The notes below the pieces were generated by a model. The model ran no database searches and was not told the origin of the DNA. It saw only the letters and a program-made list of their open reading frames with translations. Shown piece after piece: positions 1 to 10,667 of a DNA stretch of 64,000 bases; positions within the stretch are counted from its first letter, which is position 1, and each line of letters begins with the position of its first letter. The stretch is from the NCBI GenBank assembly GCA_965209055.1, contig OZ242374.1, forward strand, positions 1,664,001 through 1,728,000. Direction: 5' to 3'. The position numbers were made by a program, and so were the translations under genes. The DNA is from Acidobacteriota bacterium. GTDB taxonomy: Bacteria; Acidobacteriota; UBA6911; RPQK01; JAJDTT01.

Positions 1-1
1 G

Positions 2-430
2 GACGTCCCGCTTCTGATCCACCATTTCCAGAAGGAGTCGTCCCGGAAACTGGGTAAGGAGGTGCGTTTCGGGGAAGAGGCGGTTTCGCGGCTGCAGTCC
101 TACGGTTGGCCCGGAAACGTCCGTGAGTTGGAAAACCTCGTCGAGAGGCTGGTGCTCTTCAACCGGACCGGAACGGTCGAGTGCGAGGATCTGCCCGGGG
201 AAATCCGCCGGCCGGCCGGAGATACGGACCGGGGAATGTTCCGGCTCCCGGAGAAAGGCTTTTCTCTGCAAGAACTGGAGCGCGACATCCTGCTGGCGGC
301 GCTGGAGCGGAACCGGTGGAACCAGGTTCGGACGGCGCGGTACCTGGGAATCACCAGGAACACTCTGATCTACCGGATGCGGAAGTTCGAACTCCGGCGG
401 ACCAGGGGTGGGGGAAAACCTCGGTTATGA
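2..430 (+). CDS. sigma54-dependent (NtrC/AtoC-type) response regulator, C-terminal part (5' truncated by window)
   Basis: YGWPGNVRELEN AAA+ motif and C-terminal Fis-type HTH (NQVRTARYLGITRNTLIYRM); frame open from base 2. Confidence 0.92.
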   Translation, partial: DVPLLIHHFQKESSRKLGKEVRFGEEAVSRLQSYGWPGNVRELENLVERLVLFNRTGTVECEDLPGEIRRPAGDTDRGMFRLPEKGFSLQELERDILLAALERNRWNQVRTARYLGITRNTLIYRMRKFELRRTRGGGKPRL

Positions 431-1515
431 TGGGGCAGCGCGCCAACTGGCTCGGTCCGGCCTCCATTCTGGCCGGTGTACTGGTCATCTCCGCCTTCCA
501 CTACACCACCAGCACGGAGCACCGTTATCTGCACGAGATCTACCAGCGCGTCTACTACGTTCCCATTCTGCTTGCGGCCTTCTGGTACGGACCCGTCGGC
601 GGGGTCTGCACGGCGCTCCTGACCAGCGGATTGTACCTCTACCACATCCAGCGGGACTGGCATCATGTCCCCATGTACACCTTCAACCAATACGCCGAGA
701 TTTGCCTCTACCACGCCATCGGGCTCCTGGTGGGGGTCCTCTCCAGCCGGGAGAGGCGGCAGCGGAGAGACCTGGAGCGAACCTCGCGGCGCCTGTCCGA
801 GGCGTATGAATCGCTGCAGCAGACCTTCGAGCATCTGAGGCGGGCGGATCGTCTCGCCTCCATGGGACGGCTCAGCGCCGGCATCGCCCACGAGATCCGG
901 AATCCGCTGGGCACCATCAAGGGCTCCATCGAGATCTTGTCGGGGGAATTCCCCGCCGATCATCCCAAGCGGGAATTCCTTGGCATCGTCCACCAGGAAA
1001 TCGCTCGGCTCAATGCCATCGTGGAGGACTTTCTCCGCTTCGGAAGGCCGCCCCAACCGTCGATTCAGCCGACTCCCGTCGGAGAGCTTCTCGATTCCAC
1101 GGTGACCTTGCTGCAGAAGCCGGCGCGGGACGCTCAGATCGAAATCCGTGTCTTCGACGATCTCCGAGTGCCGCCGGTGCCCATGGACCCCGACCAGATC
1201 CGGCAGGTCATGCTGAATGTCATGCTCAACGGCCTCGAGGCCATGCCCGACGGGGGAGTGCTGGAAGCGAGAGTCTTCAGGGCGCCGGAGAGCCGGCATG
1301 TCGCCATCGAAATCTCGGACAACGGCTCCGGATCGGAAGGAGTGGATTTGGAGCGCATCTTCGACCCCTTTTACACCACCAAGGCCGAGGGGACCGGCTT
1401 GGGTCTGTCCATCTGCTTTCAACTCGTGAAGAACCATGGAGGCACCATTGCGGCCCGGGCCAACGAGGACCGCGGGCTCACCTTCAGAATCGAGTTGCCG
1501 TTGGAGGAAGTATGA
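427..1515 (+). CDS. membrane sensor histidine kinase
   Basis: N-terminal TM helices, AHEIRNPL H-box, DNGSG / FYTTK / GTGLGL HATPase motifs; ATG at 427 overlaps upstream stop. Confidence 0.93.
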   Translation: MMGQRANWLGPASILAGVLVISAFHYTTSTEHRYLHEIYQRVYYVPILLAAFWYGPVGGVCTALLTSGLYLYHIQRDWHHVPMYTFNQYAEICLYHAIGLLVGVLSSRERRQRRDLERTSRRLSEAYESLQQTFEHLRRADRLASMGRLSAGIAHEIRNPLGTIKGSIEILSGEFPADHPKREFLGIVHQEIARLNAIVEDFLRFGRPPQPSIQPTPVGELLDSTVTLLQKPARDAQIEIRVFDDLRVPPVPMDPDQIRQVMLNVMLNGLEAMPDGGVLEARVFRAPESRHVAIEISDNGSGSEGVDLERIFDPFYTTKAEGTGLGLSICFQLVKNHGGTIAARANEDRGLTFRIELPLEEV

Positions 1516-3830
1516 GTCCGGTATCCGGGCAAAGTGAAATCGATCCGGTCTGCGGGATGAAGGTGAGTCCCGGCCCCGGCGTTCCCAACGTCTCCCACGG
1601 TGGGAAGACGTACTATTTTTGCTGCCCGAATTGCGCCGAACTGTTCCGGTCCGATCCGGAACTCGCCCTTGCGCACCACGAAGGAGACCGTCCCCAGGTC
1701 CATGCGCATGACCACGGGGACGCAGGCCGCTACATCTGCCCCATGTGTCCCGGCGTCGAGTCGCCGGTGCCGGGGTCGTGTCCTTCATGCGGCATGGCCT
1801 TGCAGCCGTACGGAGCAACTGCGGAAGACGGCGGAGAATTGCGTGAGATGACCCGGCGTTTTCGCTGGAGTCTCGGTTTCACGGGTCCCCTCTTTCTGCT
1901 GTCCATGTTGGATATGGCGTCCGGACAGCCGATCTCCCGGATCCTGACTCCGGATCTCCGCCAGTGGCTCGAGCTGCTCCTGGCGACTCCCGTGGTGATT
2001 TGGGGCGGGCTTCCCTTCTGGCAGAGGGCCTGGACCTCCATTTGGAATCGCAGCCTCAACATGTTCACCCTGATTGCCCTGGGTACGGGCGCGGCCTACC
2101 TTTACAGCTTGGCGGCCGTCGGTTTTCCCAGCCTTTTCCCGGAGGCCTATCGGGACGTCCACGGTCACGTCGGCGTCTATTTCGAAGCCGCCGCCGTCAT
2201 TACGGTCCTGGTGCTTCTGGGGCAGGTTCTCGAACTCAGGGCGACGGCGCGTACCGGCAGGGCCGTCCGGTCCCTCCTGGAACTGTCTCCGCCCACTGCC
2301 CGGAAGATCGCCGCCGGTGGCGATGAAGAAGTTCCCTTGGCGGACGTGAAGCCGGGCGACCGGCTGCGAGTGCGTCCGGGGGACAAGATTCCGGTGGACG
2401 GCCGGGTGCTGGAAGGAGAGAGCAGCGTCGACGAGTCCATGATCAGCGGCGAGTCCATTCCCGTCTTGAAGCGTCCCGGGGATGCCGTGACAGGCGGGAC
2501 GTCGAACGGGTCCGGCACGCTGGTCATGGAGGCCCGGCGGGTCGGGAGCGAAACCCTCCTGGCGCGCATCGTCCGGATGGTCACCGAGGCCCAACGCTCC
2601 CGGGCCCCGGTCCACCGCCTGGTCGACCGCGTTGCGGCGTGGTTCGTCCCCGCGGTCATCGTCGTGGCGGTGGCGGCGGCGCTGACGTGGGGATTGATGG
2701 GGCCCGAACCCAGATGGGCCAATGCGCTCGTCACGGCGGCGGCGGTCTTGCTGATCGCGTGCCCCTGCGCCCTCGGTCTGGCGACTCCCATGTCCATCAT
2801 GGTGGGGGTGGGGGAGGGCGCCCGATCGGGAGTCCTGATTCGGGACGCCGAGTCGCTGGAAGTCCTGGAGCGGGTCGACACCCTCATGGTCGACAAGACG
2901 GGCACTCTCACCGAAGGACGTCCGCGGCTTGAAGCCGTGAATCCGGCCGGAGGATGGAATCGCCGGGAGATCCTGAGGCTCGCCGCCAGCTTGGAGCAGG
3001 GGAGCGAGCATCCCCTGGCCGAGGCCGTGGTCGCCGGAGCGCGCCGGGAAGGACTGGATTTGGCTTCGGTGGAACGTTTCGATGCCGTGGCGGGACAGGG
3101 GGTCCGGGGAAGGGTGGAAGGCCGGGAAGTGGCGGTGGGCAGCCGGCGGTTCCTGGCGGATCTTTCGATCCGGAATGGCGGCCTGGAGCGGCGGGCGGAA
3201 GAGTTGCGCCTGCGCGGGATGACGGCCTTCTTCGTGGCCGTCGATGGCCGGGCCTGCGGCGTTCTGGGCGTGGGAGACCCCCTCAAGCCGTCCGCCCGGG
3301 AGGCTCTGGCGCAACTGAGGCTTGAGGGCGTACGCGTCGTCATGGTCACCGGGGACGGCCGGACCACGGCCGACGCCGTGGCGAGAGAGCTGGGGATCGA
3401 ACGGGTGCGTTCGGAGATGCTGCCCGACGAGAAGGCGAGTCTGATCCGTGGATACCAGGAGGCAGGCCGGATCGTGGCCATGGCGGGAGATGGCGTCAAC
3501 GATGCGCCGGCCCTGGCGCTGGCCCAAGTGGGCATCGCCATGGGCACGGGATCCGACGTGGCCCTCCAAAGTGCCGGGGTAACGCTGTTGCGGGGGGATC
3601 TGAACGGCATCCTCAAAGCGCTCCGATTGAGCCGGGCGACCCTGGCCAACATTCGCCAAAATCTGTTTTTCGCGTTTCTTTACAACATGTTGGGTGTGCC
3701 GGTCGCGGCCGGGGTCCTGTATCCCCTCTGGGGAATCACGATGAATCCCATGCTGGCCGCCGCGGCCATGGCTCTCAGCTCTCTCTCGGTGATCGCCAAC
3801 GCCTTGAGATTGCGCCGGGTTCGGCTCTGA
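1512..3830 (+). CDS. copA: Cu(I)/Ag(I)-translocating P1B-type ATPase with YHS and heavy-metal-binding domains
   Basis: [47 protein letters not shown] and MxxSS motifs. Confidence 0.9.
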   Translation: MSPVSGQSEIDPVCGMKVSPGPGVPNVSHGGKTYYFCCPNCAELFRSDPELALAHHEGDRPQVHAHDHGDAGRYICPMCPGVESPVPGSCPSCGMALQPYGATAEDGGELREMTRRFRWSLGFTGPLFLLSMLDMASGQPISRILTPDLRQWLELLLATPVVIWGGLPFWQRAWTSIWNRSLNMFTLIALGTGAAYLYSLAAVGFPSLFPEAYRDVHGHVGVYFEAAAVITVLVLLGQVLELRATARTGRAVRSLLELSPPTARKIAAGGDEEVPLADVKPGDRLRVRPGDKIPVDGRVLEGESSVDESMISGESIPVLKRPGDAVTGGTSNGSGTLVMEARRVGSETLLARIVRMVTEAQRSRAPVHRLVDRVAAWFVPAVIVVAVAAALTWGLMGPEPRWANALVTAAAVLLIACPCALGLATPMSIMVGVGEGARSGVLIRDAESLEVLERVDTLMVDKTGTLTEGRPRLEAVNPAGGWNRREILRLAASLEQGSEHPLAEAVVAGARREGLDLASVERFDAVAGQGVRGRVEGREVAVGSRRFLADLSIRNGGLERRAEELRLRGMTAFFVAVDGRACGVLGVGDPLKPSAREALAQLRLEGVRVVMVTGDGRTTADAVARELGIERVRSEMLPDEKASLIRGYQEAGRIVAMAGDGVNDAPALALAQVGIAMGTGSDVALQSAGVTLLRGDLNGILKALRLSRATLANIRQNLFFAFLYNMLGVPVAAGVLYPLWGITMNPMLAAAAMALSSLSVIANALRLRRVRL

Positions 3831-3862
3831 ACGACGTCAGCGCCGGCGGCGAGTCGAGTACA

Positions 3863-4624
3863 ATGGAGCCCGTGAAGACGAGCCGTTGGTTGTTGGCGCC
3901 CCTGCTCCTCCTGCTGAGCAGTCCATCCCAGGCCCAGGTCGAGTCGGACACGCTGCTGGAGAGTCTGAAGCCCCAGGGCTACGTCAGCGACTATGCGGGC
4001 GTGATGAACGCCAATCTGAGGCGTTCGTTGGAGGGCCGGCTCAGGGAATTGGAGCAAAAGACGACGGCTCAGATCGCAGTGGTCGCTCTCCGGTCTCTGA
4101 AGGGCGGAGAGATCCGGGACTTCGCCAATCGGCTCTTCGAGCGTTGGGGAGTGGGGAGGAAAGGCAAGGACAACGGCGTTCTGATGCTGGCCTCGCTGGA
4201 GGATCGCAAGATCTGGGTCGAGGTCGGTTACGGCTTGGAGGGAATCCTTCCGGACGCGAGGGTGGGACGTATTCTGGATCAGGCGGTGTTGCCGGAATTC
4301 CGCCACGGCCGCCATGGCGGAGGATTGGCGCGGGGCGCGCTCACCATTGCCGGGGTGATCGCACAGGATTCGGGAGTCACTCTCAGTGGGGCCGCCGTCC
4401 CGCGGGATTCCCGGCGAAGTCGCCGTCCGGGCGCCGGCAATCTGCTCTATCTCCTGTTTCTGCTGTTCCTTTTCCTCCGGCGGCCCCTGTTGGGAATGTT
4501 CCTGCCGCTGGGGATGGGTGCCGGGTTCCCGCGCGGCGGTTATGGCGGCGGCTTTTCGGGAGGGGGCTTCGGCGGCTTCGGCGGCGGGCTTTCCGGAGGA
4601 GGAGGCGCCGGCAGGAGCTGGTAG
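3863..4624 (+). CDS. TPM domain-containing protein (YgcG-like)
   Basis: signal peptide, WGVGRKGKDNGVL, EVGYGLEGILPD, Gly-rich tail ending GGGGAGRSW. Confidence 0.9.
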   Translation: MEPVKTSRWLLAPLLLLLSSPSQAQVESDTLLESLKPQGYVSDYAGVMNANLRRSLEGRLRELEQKTTAQIAVVALRSLKGGEIRDFANRLFERWGVGRKGKDNGVLMLASLEDRKIWVEVGYGLEGILPDARVGRILDQAVLPEFRHGRHGGGLARGALTIAGVIAQDSGVTLSGAAVPRDSRRSRRPGAGNLLYLLFLLFLFLRRPLLGMFLPLGMGAGFPRGGYGGGFSGGGFGGFGGGLSGGGGAGRSW

Positions 4625-4645
4625 ATTGCGAATCGGGTTGAGGAA

Positions 4646-5386
4646 ATGAAACCGGAAGAACTAGTCGAGAAACTGCGCAAAGTCCAACCCTTGAGTCTCA
4701 GGTCGGTCATTCTGTACGGGTCGGCCGTCGCCGGCGACTTCGTAAAGAAGCGCTCCGACTACAATGTGCTCGTCATCGCCGAACGCCTGGGGGTGGCGGA
4801 GCTGCGGACCCTCTCCGGCCCGGCCCGGCGTTGGGTCAAGGCCGGGAATCCGCCCCCGCTGCTGTTTACCCTCGAGCGGCTGAAGCAGTCGGCGGACGTC
4901 TTCCCCATCGAAATTCTGGACATGAAGGCGGCGAACCGGGTCCTTTACGGCGAGGACATCCTGAGTCGGCTTCCGGTCAATGAAGAGAATCTGAGGCACC
5001 AGGTGGAGTCGGAGCTCAAGGGGAAGCTGATCCAACTCCGCGAAGCCTACCTGATCACGGGCGGCAAGCCCCGGGCCGTGGTGGAGGTCCTGGTCCGTTC
5101 GGTCGCCTCCTTCCTGGTTCTCTTTCGGGCGGCCCTTCGCCTCTACCAGGTCGAGGCCCCGGCCAGGAAACTGGACGCTCTGGCGGCCCTGGCTCGGCAA
5201 ATCCCATTGGATGCCACGCCGTTCGAGAACGTCGAGGCCCTCAAGGAAGGGCGGATCAAGGTCAGAAAGGTCAATGCGGACGCCCTCTTCGGGGACTATC
5301 TGAAGACCGTTGAGACCGTCGTGGACGCCATCGACAGCTACGTTCACGGGCGGGAGCGAGCTGAGGAACAGGAGTTGTCGTCTTGA
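4646..5386 (+). CDS. nucleotidyltransferase-domain protein (TPM/LemA-associated)
   Basis: LYGSAVAGDF..SDYNVLV Pol-beta-like motif; operonic position. Confidence 0.75.
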   Translation: MKPEELVEKLRKVQPLSLRSVILYGSAVAGDFVKKRSDYNVLVIAERLGVAELRTLSGPARRWVKAGNPPPLLFTLERLKQSADVFPIEILDMKAANRVLYGEDILSRLPVNEENLRHQVESELKGKLIQLREAYLITGGKPRAVVEVLVRSVASFLVLFRAALRLYQVEAPARKLDALAALARQIPLDATPFENVEALKEGRIKVRKVNADALFGDYLKTVETVVDAIDSYVHGRERAEEQELSS

Positions 5387-5961
5387 AGAAGGTATTGATC
5401 GTCTTGGGCGTGTCGTTGGGAGTGTTGCTGGTTCTGTTCCTCATCATCGGCATGAGTCTCACCGGCTCCTACAATCGGCTGGTCACTCTGAACGAGGGGG
5501 TGGAGAGCGCCTGGGCCCAGGTGGAGACGGTATTGCAGCGGCGCTACGACCTGATCCCCAACCTGGTGAACACGGTGAAGGGTTTTGCGGCCCAGGAGCG
5601 GGAGGTCTTTACCGAGGTCACCCGATTGCGCAGCCAGTGGGGAGCGGCCCGGACCACCGCCGACAAGGCTCAGGTCGCCGGCCGGATGGAAGGAGCCCTG
5701 TCCCGCCTGCTCCTGGTTGCCGAGCGCTACCCGGATCTCAAGTCCAATCAGAACTTCCTGGCCCTGCAGGATGAGTTGACCGGGACCGAGAACAGGATTG
5801 CCGTGGAGCGGCGCCGTTACAATCAGACGGTCCAGAACTACAACACCACGGTTCGCCGGTTTCCCACCAACCTGGTGGCCGGATTTTTCGGCTTCGAGCG
5901 CAGCACGGCTTACTTCGAAGCCTCCGAGGGAGCCGAATCGGCTCCCACCGTGGAGTTCTGA
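5383..5961 (+). CDS. lemA: LemA family protein
   Basis: QRRYDLIPNLV, ERYPDLKSNQNFLALQDEL, TENRIAVERRRYN. Confidence 0.93.
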   Translation: MKKVLIVLGVSLGVLLVLFLIIGMSLTGSYNRLVTLNEGVESAWAQVETVLQRRYDLIPNLVNTVKGFAAQEREVFTEVTRLRSQWGAARTTADKAQVAGRMEGALSRLLLVAERYPDLKSNQNFLALQDELTGTENRIAVERRRYNQTVQNYNTTVRRFPTNLVAGFFGFERSTAYFEASEGAESAPTVEF

Positions 5962-6794
5962 TCCTCCGGTTCCCGGTAGACGCGCCGGGCGGAAATCAGA
6001 AAACCGGTGTGCGCCACCATCCGATGAACCGGCCGGATGGACTCCTCGCTGACGTGCCAGGGACGGACCAGCGACTCGGTGGTTTCGATGTGCGCCCAGT
6101 CCGGGTCGCGCTGCAGTTTTCTCACCAGCCGGTACACCTGAAGCGCCGTGGGGAGCCAACAGAGAAGGCTGCCGCCGGGTCTCAACGCCGCCGCCGCCGA
6201 GTCGACGGCACGATCCGGTTCGGGGACGTCCAGCAGGATCGTGTCCAGGTCCTTCTCCCGGATTCCTTCGTAGACGTCCTCCAATACGACCGTGTGCCGC
6301 GCTCCCGAAGCCCCGTAGAGGCCCGCGAATTCGGAGAGCGTATCCTGGGCCATCGAAGCGAACTCCTCCCGGCGCTCGTAGGAGATGAGATGACCCTGCG
6401 GCCCCAGGAAACGGAGCAGTACCAGGGCCACCGATCCGGACCCCAGGCCCGCCTCCAGGATCCGCGCTCCGGGATAGATGTCTCCCCGGATCAGGATATG
6501 TGACGAGTCGCGCGGGTAGATGACCTGGGTGCGGCGGCGCAGCCCTTTGAGAACGTACCGTTCCAGGGTCGGCCGCAGGCAGACGATGGGTATTCCCTGG
6601 CGGCTAAAAAATCGGCAGCCGGGGGGCTTGCCCACGATCTCGTCATGGTAGACGTGTCCGGTATGGGAGTGGTGGAAGAGGCCTCCCGGGCGCAGTTGAA
6701 ACATGTGGCGCTTGTTCTTGGGTCCGATGAGCAGAACCAGTTCACCCTCCCGAAGGGGGGCCCGCTGCAGCGCCGATGTGGGGTCCGAGGCCAT
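5910..6794 (-). CDS. trmI: tRNA (adenine58-N1)-methyltransferase
   Basis: RRTQVIYPRD, LEAGLGSG, YERREEF, LDVPEP, RMVAHTGFL; start chosen at MASDP. Confidence 0.85.
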   Translation of the reverse strand: MASDPTSALQRAPLREGELVLLIGPKNKRHMFQLRPGGLFHHSHTGHVYHDEIVGKPPGCRFFSRQGIPIVCLRPTLERYVLKGLRRRTQVIYPRDSSHILIRGDIYPGARILEAGLGSGSVALVLLRFLGPQGHLISYERREEFASMAQDTLSEFAGLYGASGARHTVVLEDVYEGIREKDLDTILLDVPEPDRAVDSAAAALRPGGSLLCWLPTALQVYRLVRKLQRDPDWAHIETTESLVRPWHVSEESIRPVHRMVAHTGFLISARRVYREPEDQNSTVGADSAPSEASK

Positions 6795-6833
6795 CCCGGC
6801 AGAATAGTCACCCCTCTTTTCGGGTGTCAAACA

Positions 6834-6890
6834 GGAGGGGGGACATTCTTGTCCCCCATTCTTTTTCCCCACGCTCCCCGGAATCGGGGG
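6834..6890. repeat. REP-like palindrome copy 1
   Basis: GGGGGACATTCTTGTCCCCC hairpin followed by CCGGAATCGGGGG; similar element at 31737. Confidence 0.5.
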
Positions 6891-6961
6891 CTCGCGACAC
6901 GCGACGAAAGAGGGCATCCACAAAGGGTGCCCCTATGGGCAGGGACTGATATTGTAGCCCC

Positions 6962-9937
6962 ATGAGAGACCGGTCTCCCGCTGCGCGTCCCGGGTCATCT
7001 TCCACCCTGCTGGCGGCCTTGGTCTTGGCGGCCATCTCGGGCATCCAGGGATTCAGTCGACAACCGGCCCCTGAACCCAAATCTTCTTCGGGCGAAGGAG
7101 AGCCGCTGCTCTCCGAGATCCGGCAACTCACGTTCGAAGGCCGGCGTTCCGGAGAAGGATATTTCAGTCCGGACGGCTCCCTGTTCATCTTCCAGAGCGA
7201 GCGCGAGGAGGAAAACCCGTTCTTCCAGATCTACTTGATGGACCTGGTCCGGAGAGAGGTGAGCCGGCTTTCTCCGGGCCACGGCAAGACCACCTGCGGC
7301 TGGATTCATCCGTCGGGCGGCCAGGTCCTCTTCGCTTCGACCCACCATGATCCCGAATCCGGCCGGAAGCAACGGGAGGAATTCGAACGCCGGGCTTCGG
7401 GACGGACCCGCCGGTACACGTGGGACTTCGATCCCGAATATGAGATCTACGGGCTCTCGCTGGAAACGAAGACCTTTCGCAACCTCACCAACAAGTTGGG
7501 ATACGACGCCGAAGCCTCCTGGTCTCCGGAAGGCGGACGGATCGTGTTCGCCTCGAACCGGTTGGCCTACGAAGGCGGTCTGACTCCGGAGCAGGTGAAG
7601 TCGCGGGACGGGGACCCTTCGTCCTTCCTGGATCTCTACTCCATGAATTCGGACGGAACCGACGTTCTCCGGCTGACCGCCTCGCCGGGATATGACGGCG
7701 GTCCCTTCTTCAGCCCCTCCGGCCGGACGATCTGCTGGCGGAGGTTCACCGAGGACGGAATGGTGGCCGAGATCTTCCTGATGGACGCGGACGGAGGCCG
7801 CCAGCGGCCTGTGACGCGACTGGGGAAGATGTCCTGGGCGCCCTTTTTCCATCCTTCCGGAGACTACCTGGTCTTCACCACCAACCTTCATGGCCTGGAC
7901 AACTTCGAGCTCTACCTGGTGGCCGCCGAGGGTCGCTCCGAACCGGTCCGCATCACCCGGACCGCCGGATTCGATGGTCTGCCCGTCTTCGCGCCGGACG
8001 GCAAGACGCTGACCTGGACCTCCAACCGGACTCCCGGGAAGACCTCCCAGATATTCCTGGCCGGCTGGGACGACCGTGAGGCGAGACGCCTGTTGGGACT
8101 CTCCGCGCCGGAAGGGCAGGTGGACGCCGATCCCGGACCGGAGACTCCGAGCGCGGCCCGGATCCGCGATCAGGACCTTCGCCGCCACGTGAACCGCCTG
8201 GCTTCCGAGGAGATGGAGGGGCGAATGACCGGGACCCGGGGAGAGCTTCTGGCCACCGGGTACGCCGCTTCGGTCCTGTCTCGCCTGGGATTGGAGCCGG
8301 CTGGAGACGACGGATCCTACTTCCAGTCGTTCCCCTTCACGGCGGGAGTCTCCCTGGGCGCCGGGAACCGGTTGGAGATCGTGAGTGGAGGCGAGAAGAA
8401 GCCGTTGCGCGTGGACCACGACTGGAGGCCGTTGTCCTTCTCGGCCGCGGGATCTTTCGGAGCCTCGCCGGTGGTCTTCGCCGGGTATGGAATCGTGGCG
8501 CCGGAATTGGAGGACAACGCCGGTTACGATTCGTACGCTCACCTGGACGTGGCCGGCAAGTGGGTCATGGTGTTGCGCTATTACCCGGAAGAGGTGTCTC
8601 CCCAACGGCGGCGGCATCTGGCCCGCTATGGAAGCCTCCGCTACAAGGCCATGCAGGCCCTGGACCGGGGGGCCAAGGGACTCCTCATCGCCAGCGGCCC
8701 CGCTTCCAAGGTCCGGCGGGAGCTGATCCCGTTGAGGCTGGACGGGTCGGTCACGGACGGGCGCCTTCCCGTCATCTCCCTCACCGACCGGGCCGCCGGA
8801 ATTCTCCTGGAGTCCGACGGCCGGACGCTGCAAGAGCTTCAGTTGGGACTGGATTCCGGGGAACTGCAGATGGGGTTTGTGCTGCCCGGTGTCGAGATGG
8901 CTTCCAACGTCGCTCTGAACACGGAAGAGAGGACGGGCCGCAACGTTCTGGGGTTGCTGCAGGCGGAGCCGGGCAAGGCCGCGCACGGAGTGCTGGTGGT
9001 GGGAGCCCACGTGGACCATTTGGGCTCGGGGGCCACCGCTTCGTCGCTGGCCCGGTCAGACCAGGAGGGTGGAATCCACTACGGGGCCGACGACAACGCG
9101 TCCGGGGTCGCCGCCGTTCTGGAGATGGCGGAGCATCTCGTGGACCTCCGGGACCAGGGGGGCCTTCCGCCGGGACGAGACGTGCTGTTCGCGCTCTGGT
9201 CCGGGGAGGAGCTGGGTCTGCTGGGCTCGAACCATTTCATGAAGAGCTATGGCTCGGACCAGGAGGCTGGGTCCGAAAACGACCTGTTGGCCTATCTGAA
9301 TCTGGACATGGTGGGGCGGTTGAGAAGTTCCCTGGTGGTGCAGGGCGTCGGTTCGAGTTCCGTCTGGCCTGCGGCCATCGAGCGGGCCAATCTGAATCTC
9401 GGCCTGCCCATCGTCATGCAGCCCGAGAGCCATCTGCCCACCGATGCCACCTCCTTCTACGTCAAACAGGTCCCGATCCTGAGTCTCTTCACCGGTTCCC
9501 ACGAGGACTACCACACGCCCGGAGACCGGCCCGAAAAACTCAACTACCCGGGGACCCGGAAGATTGCGTCATTTCTGAGCCGGATTGCCGTCCAGCTCCT
9601 GGAGAACCCCGATCGTCCCGATTACAAGGAGATGACCGATCCCAGGAGGCGAGGGGCCAGGACCGGACTGAGAGCCTACCTGGGTACGATCCCCGATTAC
9701 GCTCCGGGTGAGAATGAGGGGCTCAGCCTCTCGGGGGTTGCGCCCGGAGGGCCCGCCGAAAAGGCGGGGGTCCGGGCGGGAGATGTGGTCGTGCGCCTGG
9801 CCGATCGCGAGATCAGGGATATCTACGACTACACCTACGCCATCGATTTTCTGGAGATCGGCTCTCCGACCGATATTGTCGTCCTGCGAGAGGGAGAAAG
9901 GATCACCTTGACCGTCGTCCCGGCTTCCAGGGAATGA
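6962..9937 (+). CDS. secreted M28 metallopeptidase with PD40 (TolB-like) repeats, PA and PDZ domains
   Basis: FSPDG repeats, GAHVDHLG, GADDNASG, GEELGLLGS, HEDYHTP, C-terminal LGTIPDY PDZ. Confidence 0.9.
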   Translation: MRDRSPAARPGSSSTLLAALVLAAISGIQGFSRQPAPEPKSSSGEGEPLLSEIRQLTFEGRRSGEGYFSPDGSLFIFQSEREEENPFFQIYLMDLVRREVSRLSPGHGKTTCGWIHPSGGQVLFASTHHDPESGRKQREEFERRASGRTRRYTWDFDPEYEIYGLSLETKTFRNLTNKLGYDAEASWSPEGGRIVFASNRLAYEGGLTPEQVKSRDGDPSSFLDLYSMNSDGTDVLRLTASPGYDGGPFFSPSGRTICWRRFTEDGMVAEIFLMDADGGRQRPVTRLGKMSWAPFFHPSGDYLVFTTNLHGLDNFELYLVAAEGRSEPVRITRTAGFDGLPVFAPDGKTLTWTSNRTPGKTSQIFLAGWDDREARRLLGLSAPEGQVDADPGPETPSAARIRDQDLRRHVNRLASEEMEGRMTGTRGELLATGYAASVLSRLGLEPAGDDGSYFQSFPFTAGVSLGAGNRLEIVSGGEKKPLRVDHDWRPLSFSAAGSFGASPVVFAGYGIVAPELEDNAGYDSYAHLDVAGKWVMVLRYYPEEVSPQRRRHLARYGSLRYKAMQALDRGAKGLLIASGPASKVRRELIPLRLDGSVTDGRLPVISLTDRAAGILLESDGRTLQELQLGLDSGELQMGFVLPGVEMASNVALNTEERTGRNVLGLLQAEPGKAAHGVLVVGAHVDHLGSGATASSLARSDQEGGIHYGADDNASGVAAVLEMAEHLVDLRDQGGLPPGRDVLFALWSGEELGLLGSNHFMKSYGSDQEAGSENDLLAYLNLDMVGRLRSSLVVQGVGSSSVWPAAIERANLNLGLPIVMQPESHLPTDATSFYVKQVPILSLFTGSHEDYHTPGDRPEKLNYPGTRKIASFLSRIAVQLLENPDRPDYKEMTDPRRRGARTGLRAYLGTIPDYAPGENEGLSLSGVAPGGPAEKAGVRAGDVVVRLADREIRDIYDYTYAIDFLEIGSPTDIVVLREGERITLTVVPASRE

Positions 9938-10059
9938 GGGAAGAAGAGGATGCGGCGTCCGCTTTTTCCACGGTCTGCCAGGTCTCGGAACCTCCCGCTA
10001 CGGGTCCCGGTTCAGTTTTTTCTTAGGAAATCCATGAACTTGTGTTATGATCGCTGACC

Positions 10060-10356
10060 GTGCGGATGAGGGGCATCGGTCGAAACACCGAGACGCGTCA
10101 AAAGGTAGATTTCAGGTCCGAGCGAAACTTAGCTGTTGCCATCTTGAGACAGGCGTGGCACGAAGCCGTCATCGACCTGCGGATCGTCAAGGAAAACTCC
10201 CGCAAAGACTATCGCCTGCTAAAAAAGAAGGCCATCGAGTGGATCGTCAGCGACGAAGACGGCTTCCCCTATTGGTGCAAGCTGGCTGACGCCGACCACA
10301 GCGCCATCCGACAGCGCCTGCAGGAGCGTCTGAACCAACAGTACAACTGTCAGTAG
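10060..10356 (+). CDS. small hypothetical protein
   Basis: 98-aa ORF with protein-like composition filling an intergenic gap. Confidence 0.6.
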   Translation: MRMRGIGRNTETRQKVDFRSERNLAVAILRQAWHEAVIDLRIVKENSRKDYRLLKKKAIEWIVSDEDGFPYWCKLADADHSAIRQRLQERLNQQYNCQ

Positions 10357-10526
10357 GCGCTTTCAGAGCTGTCGACGGAATCGCGGACCGGCTGCCAACT
10401 CCAAGAACACGTCTATTCCAGGAGAGGGAAAATACCTGTCCCCCTCTTCATCGCTCACCCTGCGTCTTGCCCCCGCCACCATCGTGCCTTGCCAATACCT
10501 CTTCATTCACTCCTCGTCCGTCCTCG

Positions 10527-10555
10527 TTGCCTGACGGAAGGGGAATGAATATAAT
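10527..10555 (+). promoter_or_regulatory. sigma70 promoter of tRNA-Asp
   Basis: TTGCCT-N17-TATAAT, 16 bp upstream of the tRNA. Confidence 0.75.
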
Positions 10556-10571
10556 GGCCGTTCGGCCGAGC

Positions 10572-10649
10572 GGGGCCGTAGTTCAGCTTGGTTAGAACGC
10601 CGGCCTGTCACGCCGGAGGTCGCGAGTTCGAGTCTCGTCGGTCCCGCCA
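10572..10649 (+). tRNA. tRNA-Asp (GTC)
   Basis: canonical cloverleaf GGGGCCG/CGGTCCC, anticodon loop CTGTCAC, TTCGAGT T-loop, encoded CCA. Confidence 0.97.
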
Positions 10650-10667
10650 ATCCCGTCACCTTTCCCC

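Noticed and set aside
5910-5961. 52-bp convergent overlap of lemA and trmI
   Set aside because: short 3' overlaps are common; nothing indicates a function
10572-10649. tRNA-Asp (and tRNA-Cys at 42319) as island attachment sites
   Set aside because: no duplicated tRNA 3' end or integrase seen in the window
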